DNA of 64,000 bases from an uncultured Candidatus Saccharibacteria bacterium (lineage in GTDB: Bacteria; Patescibacteriota; Saccharimonadia; Saccharimonadales; JAGQNJ01). A model generated the notes under the pieces. It had not been told where the DNA came from. It did not search any database and worked only from the letters and a program-made list of their open reading frames with translations. Made by a program: the position numbers and the translations under genes. The DNA lies in the NCBI GenBank assembly GCA_964504275.1, contig CAZDDV010000001.1:20982-84981 (forward strand), written 5' to 3'. Shown in pieces: positions 1 to 9,200 of this stretch (position 1 is its first letter; each line of letters opens with the position of its first letter).

Positions 1-560
1 GAACGGCAAGTAATCACTCAAAAATTCCGCAATTGCATCTTCATCATCGGGCGCAAAGTAAATATCAAGCGCTGGCAAAAACCGTTTGAGCGGCAGGAGA
101 GAAATCGAATCAATTTGGCCTTCTTCGATAATTGCAAAAGATTTAAAATCGCTCAATGCGTAGGTTTTTTGACCAACCCTAATAACGCCGTCGCTCAGTT
201 GGTAGTTCAAAACTGCCGGCTTGCGATTTGCTAAAATCATAAATCCAATTGCGAAAACAATCATGACACCAACCGTAAAAATACTTCGCGTGATAGCGAA
301 TGTAGCGATCAAGAAAATCGCTGTAGCGACGCCAAATTTTATAAACCAGACAGGCGATTTTTCGTGCGCAATATATTCCGATGCTGTCCAAGAAATGTGT
401 TCGCTATCTTGCTCCATAGCGTGTTGCTGGGGAACTTGCTGTTGCGGTTGCGGCGTAATTTGCGGCGCTGGCCCTTGCGCTGGCGTTTGTGGTTCTGGAG
501 ACGGCTGTGGTTGCTGCCCGCCTGGCTGGAATGTCCACCCCGGTTGTTGCTGATCCTGCA
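1..560 (-). CDS. Hypothetical membrane protein, partial (3' end outside window). N-terminus is Pro/Gln-rich and low-complexity, followed by two TM helices and a bacterial PH-like (DUF304/YdbT-like) C-terminal region.
   Basis: ATG at 558-560 (minus). Translation reads MQDQQQPGWTFQPGGQQPQP...FIKFGVATAIFLIATFAITRSIFTVGVMIVFAIGFMIL...; open to the window edge. No strong SD. Confidence 0.4.
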
Positions 561-629
561 TACGCTTATTGTACACGTATCGGTAATACTAAAAAACCAC
601 CTTTGGTAAAGATGGTTATTTTTTGATTA

Positions 630-650
630 TGGCGGAGAGGGAGGGATTCG
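630..650 (-). repeat. 21-nt exact direct duplicate of the 3' end (acceptor 3' strand plus part of T-arm and CCA) of tRNA-Ser(GCU). No matching 5' half, so it is a tRNA fragment / att-like remnant.
   Basis: tggcggagagggagggattcg at 630-650 is identical to 764-784. The upstream tRNA body (GGAGAGG acceptor 5' strand) is absent. Confidence 0.6.
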
Positions 651-730
651 CTTTTCTCGATCAATCTCGAAAAGTGCCGGGGTCAGCCACCCGGGCTAAC
701 CCGTTCGAATCCCATCAACATCAACCATAC

Positions 731-755
731 AAAAAGCCGAACTTAAAGACTCGGC
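731..755 (-). terminator. Rho-independent terminator-like hairpin just downstream of the tRNA-Ser pair.
   Basis: On the minus strand: GCCGA-gtctttaagt-TCGGC followed by TTTTT. Confidence 0.45.
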
Positions 756-763
756 ATTTTGTA

Positions 764-856
764 TGGCGGAGAGGGAGGGATTCGAACCCTCGCTGGAGCG
801 TGAGCCCCACTAACGATTTAGCAAACCGTCCCCTTCAGCCACTTGGGTACCTCTCC
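764..856 (-). tRNA. tRNA-Ser (anticodon GCU), class II with long variable arm.
   Basis: Reverse complement reads GGAGAGG-T-A-CCC...GGG, anticodon stem ACGGT/ATCGT with loop TTGCTAA (GCU), long variable arm, T-arm GAGGG-TTCGAAT-CCCTC, acceptor CCTCTCC, G, CCA. Length 93 nt. Confidence 0.85.
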
Positions 857-927
857 GTATCTATAAATTGTAATGTACTTTGGACCGATACGCATTTGTT
901 TGCCGGCAAACCGTCAATCGATTCACT

Positions 928-1017
928 TGGCGGAAGGGGAGGGATTCGAACCCTCGGAACCGTTGCCGGCTCGCTGGTTTTCAAGACCAGTACCTTCAAC
1001 CACTCGGTCACCCTTCC
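928..1017 (-). tRNA. tRNA-Ser (anticodon UGA), class II with long variable arm.
   Basis: Reverse complement reads GGAAGGG...; anticodon stem CTGGT/ACCAG with loop CTTGAAA (UGA); T-arm GAGGG-TTCGAAT-CCCTC; CCCTTCC-G-CCA. Confidence 0.85.
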
Positions 1018-1060
1018 AGAACAGGGGTGATTATAACAGCAAACTGATGTGAATAAAAGG

Positions 1061-1726
1061 TTAAATCGTTTGGGCGAACGCGCATGCATCGACTTTTTTT
1101 GCGCCGGCTTGTTTGAGGGTGCGTGCAGCTTCGTTCAATGTTGCGCCGGTGGTCATGATGTCGTCGATCAAAATGACGCGTTTTGGCATATGGTTCGAAA
1201 CAGGCAAATACGCGCCCTGGACTTGCTGGATTCGTTTTTTGCGCTCACTGGTGACTTGGCGAGTATTACCTGCGCGAGTCAGCAAAGCTTTGCACGGCAA
1301 ATTTCTAATCTGTGCAAATTCTTTGGCAATCAGCTCAGCGTGATCAAAGCCGCGCGTTCTAACCCGAGACCGCGCCGTTGGCACAAATGTTATGGTAACG
1401 TCTTCAAAATACGGCGATGTTTGGTCCAGCCAACTTGCAATCACCACACATGCACTGCGATCTGGATTAAATTTCATATGCCGCACAAGTTGTTTGGCGG
1501 AATCTTTGTAGATCGTACTGACCCATATTTGGCGCAGTGGCGTTTTGGGCTTGCAAAAAGCGCACACCTGAAAGTCACGTGTTTGGGCCTGGCAAAACGC
1601 ACAGCGGCTCGGCACAGCGTCAAATATGTCGGGTAAGCACCAATCGCAGACAATGGAACCTTCGCGCTCGCAACCAAGACAATTGTTCGGTGCGATCAGA
1701 TTTAGTGCACGATCCAGGATTTTCAT
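1061..1726 (-). CDS. comF: ComF family protein (ComFC-like phosphoribosyltransferase-fold competence protein).
   Basis: N-terminal 4x CxxC zinc-finger (CLGCE...CDWC...CAFCQ...CAFC) plus the PRTase motif VILIDDIMTTGATL. ATG at 1726 is preferred over the TTG at 1855 listed in the ORF track. Confidence 0.7.
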   Translation of the reverse strand: MKILDRALNLIAPNNCLGCEREGSIVCDWCLPDIFDAVPSRCAFCQAQTRDFQVCAFCKPKTPLRQIWVSTIYKDSAKQLVRHMKFNPDRSACVVIASWLDQTSPYFEDVTITFVPTARSRVRTRGFDHAELIAKEFAQIRNLPCKALLTRAGNTRQVTSERKKRIQQVQGAYLPVSNHMPKRVILIDDIMTTGATLNEAARTLKQAGAKKVDACAFAQTI

Positions 1727-1898
1727 GCCCACACAATACGCGCCAATAAACACCAGCGCAACCCCGGCAGCTTCTGCTGTTGTGATTAATGTGTTGTAAA
1801 TGATGTAGGGTAGTTGTTGCCCTCTGGTGTCCAGGTACGTTATACTTGCAAGCAAGACAAAAACGTTTTGGACGAACTACTAACGGAGGGTAACAACC

Positions 1899-2381
1899 AT
1901 GGCGCGCAAAAACCGCGACGAAGATTTATTGATTGAAGACGAACTGACAACCGCATTTTTAAGTGACGATGATGTTGCGGCTGCAGCAGGAGTTGCAATG
2001 CCAGCGACAAACACCGAACAACAACCAACAGACGAATGGGACGAAGAAGAAGCTGTTCCTGGACAACTGGCAGTTGATGTATACGAAACCAAAGAAAAAC
2101 TATATGTAAAAGCTCGCACCGCCGGTGTGAACAAAAGCGATCTTGATGTAAGCATCTCTGATAATACCCTACAGGTCCGCGGTACGTTATCTGCAGGCAA
2201 CGAAGACGATGTCGTAAATTATTTTGTACAAGAATGTTACTGGGGTGAATTCTCACGAAGTCTCGCGCTGCCTATTCCTGTCAAAGAAGACGAAGTAGAA
2301 GCCGTACTAAAAGATGGCGTTCTAACAATTAGCTTTACGAAAGTGAAGCAGGATACCGTTAAAAAGATTCAAGTCTTATAA
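1899..2381 (+). CDS. Hsp20 / alpha-crystallin family small heat-shock protein.
   Basis: ACD core LAVDVYETKEKLYVKARTAGV...LDVSISDNTLQVRG...GVLTISFTK. Strong SD ggagg 8 nt upstream of the ATG. Confidence 0.85.
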   Translation: MARKNRDEDLLIEDELTTAFLSDDDVAAAAGVAMPATNTEQQPTDEWDEEEAVPGQLAVDVYETKEKLYVKARTAGVNKSDLDVSISDNTLQVRGTLSAGNEDDVVNYFVQECYWGEFSRSLALPIPVKEDEVEAVLKDGVLTISFTKVKQDTVKKIQVL

Positions 2382-2472
2382 GACTAAGACGCTCACGTGC
2401 CTTTTCTGTTTTCGACTGGGCCGGCTTACAACTTTTCTATAACGTAAAACAAAAATGGTACTTAAAATAAAT

Positions 2473-2510
2473 CACTCGCTCTGGGTTTGCCCCCAAGCGA
2501 GTGTTTTTAT
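2473..2510 (+). terminator. Rho-independent terminator downstream of hsp20.
   Basis: CACTCGCT-ctgggtttgccccca-AGCGAGTG followed by TTTTTAT. Confidence 0.6.
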
Positions 2511-2563
2511 ATCAGTAGGATTGTCTGCAGTTGAACGAACCAATCGGCCCATCCTGGTCATTT

Positions 2564-2598
2564 GCCAAATAAAATACCCCCAAACTTATGGGGGTATT
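2564..2598 (-). terminator. Rho-independent terminator at the end of the pilin-like gene array.
   Basis: On the minus strand: AATACCCCC-ataagttt-GGGGGTATT followed by TTATTT. Confidence 0.5.
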
Positions 2599-2625
2599 AA
2601 TATTAACTACTAAGCCTGTTTTTAC

Positions 2626-3042
2626 TTAAGCTTCTATAACTCGGCCAAGTACAAATCGAACAATTATTTGTGCCATCGCAACAATGACCAAACCGATGAT
2701 AGCGTATAAAATAGTGTTTTTGGCACCGCCAACGCTTCCGGAGTCACCGCCAGAAGTGATGTACTTAAGACCGCCAACGATAATCATAATCACCGACACA
2801 ACACCGACGACAAGCGAAAAGATGTTAATGACAGATGCAACGATTCCATCTAGCTTGGATTTCGCGTCTTCTGTGCTGGTAGTACAAGTTGCAGGGCCAG
2901 TTTTCAGACATGTCCCGCTGTCTAGTGATCCGGTAATATCCGGTTGTTCTGCGGCGAAAACCGCTGCGGGTGTTAAAACTGCGAACAGTGCCACACCTGC
3001 GCTGGCAAGAGCTAGGCTAATTCTTTTTACTAAACTTTTCAT
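2626..3042 (-). CDS. VirB2/TrbC-like T4SS pilin-family protein, paralog A. Signal peptide, Cys-pair ectodomain, conserved C-terminal TM hairpin.
   Basis: SP ...AVFA|AEQ. C45/C53. C-terminal VSVIMIIVGGLKYITSGGD...AKNTILYAIIGL. SD AAGGAA. Confidence 0.55.
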   Translation of the reverse strand: MKSLVKRISLALASAGVALFAVLTPAAVFAAEQPDITGSLDSGTCLKTGPATCTTSTEDAKSKLDGIVASVINIFSLVVGVVSVIMIIVGGLKYITSGGDSGSVGGAKNTILYAIIGLVIVAMAQIIVRFVLGRVIEA

Positions 3043-3131
3043 TCAATAGTTCCTTTCTTTTGAAATACTTTCTTTAAATAAATCTACCACAGTAGTTCCA
3101 TGGGCGCAAGAAACGCTTATACTTATTGTAC

Positions 3132-3563
3132 TTATGTTGCTGGTGGGGCAGGGGTGCCCAGTATACGCCCCAAAACAAAACGAACGATAATCTGCGCCAT
3201 TGCAGTAACCGCCAGGCCAATAATCGCATAGAGGATCGTGTTCTTGGCACTATTAACACCACTGGAATCTCCTGCAGAAGTAATATACTTTAACCCGCCA
3301 ACAATAATCATAATTACAGATATAACACCGACGATTAGGGATAGGATATTAATTGCCGCCGCGATAACACTATTAATCCTAAGTTGAGCATCTGCAGTCT
3401 GCCCGGGATTACAGGCAGTATTTTGCAAATTTGCTCCCTTACAAGCTTCTTCTTTTGAGTTTGGAAAAAGCTGGGCATGAGCCGGCACGGCAAAAACTAG
3501 CGGAGACATGACCGAGAGCGTTATAAGTGCTGCCCTGATAAGTATTTTTAGTTTTTGAAGCAT
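3132..3563 (-). CDS. VirB2/TrbC-like T4SS pilin-family protein, paralog B.
   Basis: SP ...PAHA|QLF. Two Cys. C-terminus nearly identical to A (ISVIMIIVGGLKYITSAGD...AKNTILYAIIGL). Confidence 0.55.
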   Translation of the reverse strand: MLQKLKILIRAALITLSVMSPLVFAVPAHAQLFPNSKEEACKGANLQNTACNPGQTADAQLRINSVIAAAINILSLIVGVISVIMIIVGGLKYITSAGDSSGVNSAKNTILYAIIGLAVTAMAQIIVRFVLGRILGTPAPPAT

Positions 3564-3582
3564 ATGTTTTTCCTTTTTATTT

Positions 3583-3984
3583 TTATAGTTTACTAAGCAA
3601 AAATGTCACTATCGCCTGAGCGATTGCGGCCACCGCTAAGCCCGCAAGCGCCGCTATAATGGCTTTTTGCATCGTAGCAATTGTATTTGAATCTCCGTTT
3701 GAGACCACAATTCTAAGTCCAGCAATAACGACTGTAAAGACAGCCACAATGCCCAAGATCATCACGAGTAATTGCACCGCTTTGGTCATGATGCCCTCTG
3801 GCCCCAAGATTGGACTAGAGCTAGAACCCGTCGCATTATCCTTGCAAACGGCTGGAGCGTCACCGGCTCGATTGCAAACAGGTTTTAATATATCTGTCTG
3901 AGCTAACGCGACGCTTACTGGCATGAACGTAATACCTAGACTCACTAAGATCAGTACAAACATATTACGGAGTCTTTTGATCAT
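3583..3984 (-). CDS. VirB2/TrbC-like T4SS pilin-family protein, paralog C.
   Basis: Start at ATG 3982-3984 (MIKRLRNMFVLILVSLG...ALA|QTD), overlapping the upstream stop as TGATG. Motif PVCNRAGDAPAVCKD, then GLRIVVSNGD...QKAIIAALAGL. Confidence 0.5.
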   Translation of the reverse strand: MIKRLRNMFVLILVSLGITFMPVSVALAQTDILKPVCNRAGDAPAVCKDNATGSSSSPILGPEGIMTKAVQLLVMILGIVAVFTVVIAGLRIVVSNGDSNTIATMQKAIIAALAGLAVAAIAQAIVTFLLSKL

Positions 3985-4319
3985 CACAGCCTCCCTAAAA
4001 CTACAGAAATAATTGCCTCGGCCAACACAACTATGGCCAGCCCAACACACGCATAAATAATAGTTTGGCGGGCCTTAGCGATAGATTGCGAATCTCCTTG
4101 TGATGTCACTAATTGAAAACCCGCAATAACGATGTAGATAACGGTAACGATACCTATAACTCCAAAGAACACCTGTAAAAAACGGCCTACGACTGGCGCA
4201 TCCAACTGCGCTGTGGGCAAAAGAGTGCCGTTACACGCATCAGGCCCAGCGTTGAAATCACAATTCGCTACGCCTAGTGTCCTCAGGTTTATTTCGTGAG
4301 CAATCAAAAAAGCGTTCAT
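3984..4319 (-). CDS. VirB2/TrbC-like T4SS pilin-family protein, paralog D.
   Basis: NCDFNAGPDACNG Cys pair. C-terminus VIAGFQLVTSQGDSQSIAKARQTIIYACVGL. No obvious cleavable signal peptide. TGATG coupling at both ends. Confidence 0.45.
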   Translation of the reverse strand: MNAFLIAHEINLRTLGVANCDFNAGPDACNGTLLPTAQLDAPVVGRFLQVFFGVIGIVTVIYIVIAGFQLVTSQGDSQSIAKARQTIIYACVGLAIVVLAEAIISVVLGRL

Positions 4320-4720
4320 TATTTTATCACCTGTCCAACTACATAAGTCAGTACTGTTGCAGAGGCAAGCGCAATCACCATCCCAACAACAGATTTTATA
4401 ATAGTATCGCGAGCCTGGGCGGTTTTATCTGGCAAGCCCTGGCTTGAAATATACCGAACGCCGCCCACTATAATAAAAACCGTTGCGACCATAACCGCAA
4501 TACGTAGAAGCATGTCGGTTACCGCCGCCACAATGAGCCAAACATCGTTTATAGAGCTAATCTGCGGAATGCACTGTAATCCACCGATGGAATCAGTCAG
4601 TAGTTGGCCTGGCAAGTATTTATACCATGTAGGGAACACCCCTAGTATTTCTGTACCTGGCTTGCAAGAAGCGGTCGCCGCCTGTCCAAAATTTTGCAAA
4701 AAATTAACAAACGAAATCAT
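4319..4720 (-). CDS. VirB2/TrbC-like T4SS pilin-family protein, paralog E.
   Basis: C19/C50. C-terminus FIIVGGVRYISSQGLPDKTAQARDTIIKSVVGM. SD AGGAAA. Confidence 0.45.
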   Translation of the reverse strand: MISFVNFLQNFGQAATASCKPGTEILGVFPTWYKYLPGQLLTDSIGGLQCIPQISSINDVWLIVAAVTDMLLRIAVMVATVFIIVGGVRYISSQGLPDKTAQARDTIIKSVVGMVIALASATVLTYVVGQVIK

Positions 4721-4728
4721 ATTTTTTC

Positions 4729-5634
4729 CTAGAGTAACCCTCTCGGGATAATCCAGTTTAGTATAGCATAGATAAACATAAAGAAGACCATCGCGCCAAC
4801 ACTACTAACGATGCGCTTAATCGCGTCCGCTGTGGCCTTTGGGTTACCTCCAGATGTAGTAAATTGTATACCGCCGACAATTATAGATGCAACGCAAACA
4901 ATACCTGCCCCAACTGACAAAAAGCGGGAAATTGCCAAGATCATGTCAATGATTGCATTACCCTCGCCCCTACAGCCTATGTCAATACTGGTAAATGTTT
5001 GCCCTTGATCGTCGCTTCCACACTTATACTTATCCGCTTCTGGCAATTTAACTTTTTTGTTGCTCACGGCTAAGGCTGGCTGCGAAGACGTTGCACCAGT
5101 AATGTTTGAGCACTCAGTTTCACGAGCATTCGCCTGAACCGTGCCAGCACCGACACCGCCAGACAACACAAAACACCCGGGCGCTAGCGGAACATCGGCC
5201 GGGCAATTAATTTTTCTAAAGCCACCCACGCTTGCAGATTCAAAACAATTCGCAACCGTGGTGTCATAGGTGATAATCGGCAAGTTGCCAGGCTTATCGT
5301 CCCTAGGAAGCAGTGGAGTAGATGTTGCTTCTGGGCCATTGGCATCATAGCAAGTTGTCTCGACTGGCTTTGTTGGCCCGTATTGCGTGCCCCAACTTAT
5401 ATAGCATTTACCGCCCTGTGGCTCAAAGGCTGGATAAATTGTTTTGATGCCCTCACAGGAGCGGCTGAGCCAAATAATTACCGTTGATCCTGTCGCGGGC
5501 GCACTGACCCAGCAACCTGGTTCAAACCGATGTGCCGAAGCTGGTTGCGGCCTATACAAGCTTGTGCCAAATACACCAAACGCCAAAAATAATCCAGAAA
5601 AGAACGCCAAGAATAAATTACGATTTTTTATCAT
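4729..5634 (-). CDS. Large pilin-family paralog F. About 220-aa ectodomain with 10 Cys, same C-terminal TM hairpin; candidate tip/adhesin subunit.
   Basis: SP/TM MIKNRNLFLAFFSGLFLAFGVFG. C-terminus VASIIVGGIQFTTSGGNPKATADAIKRIVSSVGAM. SD GGAGC. Confidence 0.45.
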   Translation of the reverse strand: MIKNRNLFLAFFSGLFLAFGVFGTSLYRPQPASAHRFEPGCWVSAPATGSTVIIWLSRSCEGIKTIYPAFEPQGGKCYISWGTQYGPTKPVETTCYDANGPEATSTPLLPRDDKPGNLPIITYDTTVANCFESASVGGFRKINCPADVPLAPGCFVLSGGVGAGTVQANARETECSNITGATSSQPALAVSNKKVKLPEADKYKCGSDDQGQTFTSIDIGCRGEGNAIIDMILAISRFLSVGAGIVCVASIIVGGIQFTTSGGNPKATADAIKRIVSSVGAMVFFMFIYAILNWIIPRGLL

Positions 5635-6136
5635 TCGGTTGCTCCAGTTCTATATCATACCGATTTATGCGATAAGTATCTTCTTGTTTCACAATATTAA
5701 ACACGAACTTCAGCATCGTGCCGCCTTGTTTGGTTGGGCACGTGTAATTAACTATCTGTTCGGAATTTGCCGCGTCCGCCACGCACTGGGAGACATCAAC
5801 GTTGGCAAAGACAGATGGTACTTGGGCAACATACTTTTCTTGGGTAACTAGGTTCTGGGTCTCGCTAGAAAATAATTTAAAGGCGTTTTCGTATGTTCCG
5901 TCTGCCATGTGGCGAAAGTATTGCTCTGGTACTTGGGAAGCAACATCAAACTTGGGGCCACTGGCTGTTTTGACATTATTATTAGACATTACAAAAATCA
6001 GGCCAACAATCAGACCGAATACGCCAATCACCCCACCGAACAAAACAAAAGGGTTTGGGCCTTTTTTCTGAATTGGGGCTTGTTGGTTAGTTATAAAATC
6101 GTAATTTGGTTGTACGTTTTGGTTTTGATCGTTCAT
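5618..6136 (-). CDS. Hypothetical bitopic membrane protein (N-terminal TM plus extracytoplasmic domain). Possible VirB8-like T4SS component.
   Basis: ATG at 6136 is preferred over the GTG at 6211. Single TM PNPFVLFGGVIGVFGLIVGLIFV. Position in the operon. Confidence 0.3.
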   Translation of the reverse strand: MNDQNQNVQPNYDFITNQQAPIQKKGPNPFVLFGGVIGVFGLIVGLIFVMSNNNVKTASGPKFDVASQVPEQYFRHMADGTYENAFKLFSSETQNLVTQEKYVAQVPSVFANVDVSQCVADAANSEQIVNYTCPTKQGGTMLKFVFNIVKQEDTYRINRYDIELEQPNDKKS

Positions 6137-6261
6137 GATTTGATTCCATCGTACCGCAAAAACGGCTATCAGAAAAGCCCCTGCAACTTGAATCCGATTT
6201 TCCGGTATCACAAAGGTTTCTTTTGTTATAAAATAAGCACGACAGGTTAATTTAGCTACTT

Positions 6262-9200
6262 ATGCAAAATATTTTTAAAGATTTTAAGGTGTGGTCTACT
6301 CGGTTTGCCCTTTTTACAGCAACCTTTGTGTTTTTTAGCACTCTTATTCTTGGCACCATGACCGCGCAAAAAATTAACGCGCAAACTAAGGTGCTACTAT
6401 CGCCGTCCGAACATGCAATTAAGTATCAGGTTATGCAGTTCCTAAAAGTTTGTGGCGACAACAAGGGCTGGCACAGTAGCCAAGGAGCTGGAACTCGGAG
6501 TGAGGGCCTCTCGGCAGAGGAGCTCAACCAAGGGCGGTTCTTTGATGATGAAATTAAAGATTCAACGATTTTTGGAAACGAAATCAGTGTAGGAGCGCTT
6601 ACTGATGATGATGATGGCAATTTCAACTGCTTAGTAAAGCAAGGGACACCCGCAGTTGTTGTTAACCAGCAATATGACGTACAAAAGGCGGTGCAATACC
6701 AGCAAGAAGACCTTATAAAGTTTCTCGTGGAGAGCAATGTATATCGTGTGGGCGAAAACGGCAGATATTACCTACATGATGAAGAAGATTCTGATCGCAG
6801 CAACAAAGTTATTGAGTATTTCAAGAATAACAATCAGGGATATTCATTCGACGGAGATCTGCCTGATAGTGCGAAATATTTTAACTGGAAGGCGTCCTAT
6901 TTAAAATTTTGTGCAGAAGGTGGAAAGCCAATCGATAGTGGCAGCATAGAATTGCCAAATGTAGGAGAAGACGGGAAAAGACAAAACGACAAGTTTCAAA
7001 TAAAAAGTGATGCGGCCGGAAATAAATCGGTTGGTAGAGGAATGGGCCAAGGAGATCGCGACGAATTCAGTTGTAATGAAATAGCCGACGGAATGCGCGC
7101 CACGGCCGACGCTGCAGTCAAGGGCGTCGAGGATTACGTAAAAGCTGGTGGTAAAGTTAAGCCGAACCCAAATGCGCCGGGTACGGCGGATGATGATAGC
7201 CCAACCTGCGAAAGCTCTGGCGGCATTACTTGGGTGATCTGCCCATTTATCAACGGTTTGGCCGAGCTTGCCGATGGTGCATTCGAAAAACTAATAATTC
7301 CACTACTCAAGACGAGTCCGGTCGACACGACCAATACTAGCAGCCCTATATTCCAGGTTTGGCTGGGGATGCGTAATGTTGCCAATATTTTGCTAGTTAT
7401 TGCCATGATCGTCATTGTGTTTGGTCAGGCAATTGGCGGAGGATTGGTAGACGCCTATACCGCCAAAAAAGTACTACCCCGCATCTTGGCAGCTGCAATT
7501 ATGATAAACCTGTCTATTTATATGGTCGCGTTTGCGGTCGATGTTACGAACGTTATTGGGCAAGGCTTATCAAGACTTATCTATGCACCATTTGATCAAG
7601 TTGGAGCTTTTAAATTTAATCTTTCTTCCTCTACAGCTGGGCTTGGTTTTGTAGGAATGATAGCTGCAAGTGCCGCCATTTGGAAGATCGGCGCTTTGAT
7701 TCCATATTTGTTACTCTTCGTTCTCCTACCCCTCGTACTCGCGGCAGTAGGTGTAATCTTTACGCTCGTACTGCGAATGGGGCTCATTCAGTTCCTGATA
7801 ATCAGCAGTCCGGTTGCTTTTGTGCTGTACTGCCTACCGAACACCGAAAAGTACTTTCAGAAATGGTGGAGTTTATTCATAAAGACATTAATGGTTTACC
7901 CTATCATTGTTCTGATATTCACATTAGCCGACGTAATCGCAGTTACAACGGACATTGCCGCTCAAGAAAGCGATCAAGAAGTTACAGCTGCATTTGGTCA
8001 ACTGATCTCTGTTGTTCTTCTGGTGCTGCCATTATTCATGGTACCCTACGCATTTAAGCTTGCTGGTGGTGCCGTTGGTGCCGTACACGGCGCCCTTTCT
8101 ACTGGCGGCAAAAAGAGCGTCGAAGCCATCAAGGGCAACCCCAACGACCCAAATAGTTTGCGCAACAGAACAAAACGTAACGTTGGATCCTCAATGGTTA
8201 AAAACCGCGCTCAGCTTGTTCGATCAAACCTCGACTATAAAGGCACGGGTTTGAACGCGCGACTCCGTCGAAAATTTGGCGAAAAAGTTAACTATGGAAA
8301 TATAATGGATAAAGAAGCCGAGATCAACGAAGATGCCGCTAAGCGAATGGGCCGAACGATTGGGGCGGGTGACGATCGATACATACGAGCACGGACTTCT
8401 TTGCCACTTTTCCAAAAAGCGGGAGGGGGCGAAACTACTAATACAGCAGAAGCTGTGATGGATACCAGTGGGACAGCTCTGCGCCTACTCAATAAAGATA
8501 CGGGTCAAGCAATGCGCACTTCACTTAATGGACAAAAACGTTTTACTGATGTCGACTACAAAAAGTCTACGCAACTATTCCAAACCATGGGTGAAATGCA
8601 AGAGGCAGTAAACCATGAAGCCAAAAAAACACTTACCGATGGCGACACCGACCGCTTAGTCGGAGGTTACGGCGATTGGGCAAAGCAAGAAGGATTGACG
8701 AAAGAGCAGGCCAGCGGATTATTCACAGGAGTTGCTTTTGCGCGGCAAGGTGAGCGACTTGAACTCAAGCACAGCACGGTGGATGAAGAGATTGACCCTG
8801 ACGATCCGAAAAAACGCAGACTATTCGTCAAAAGCGCAACTGACAATATGAGCGGCACATCAATTGATAGTACCGGTACTGTGAATAAAATCGGGGGACG
8901 CGATGCGTTTGTTCAAGAGCTCTATGACAAAAAGGGCAGTTGGGCAGTTTCACAAATGCATGATTCAACTATCAATCAAGTTGGTGAAGCTAAAGAAAAA
9001 TATGCTGCAGAAATTAAAGACCTATCTTCCAGAGAATCACTCGGAACACTCAGCGAGCAAGAACTTGGAAGGCTTAAATTATCACGGGAAAAACTTGATC
9101 ACATTCAAGAAATGGAAGAATCTTGGGTGGCCGACCCAACCCGAACCGCAACAGGAATTCCAATGGGTGCAGTCGATGACAAGGGTACGCCTGGCTATAG

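Noticed and set aside
221-553. 110-aa Cys-rich ORF (CCWGTCCCGCG...) on the plus strand.
   Set aside because: It is antisense to the Pro/Gln-rich codons of the minus-strand gene (CAG/CCG repeats read as GC-rich Cys/Gly). No SD. Artefact of low-complexity sequence.
631-720. Possible third tRNA or tmRNA 3' domain.
   Set aside because: Only the 3' 21 nt match a tRNA. There is no complementary acceptor 5' strand, no D or anticodon arms, the T-loop is non-canonical (AGCGAAT), and the upstream sequence is occupied by the tRNA-Ser genes. Kept only as a repeat or att-like fragment.
1727-1855. N-terminal extension of comF to a TTG start at 1855.
   Set aside because: The ORF-track start is TTG. The ComF zinc-finger domain begins right after the internal ATG at 1726, and the extension is a hydrophobic segment not found in ComFC proteins.
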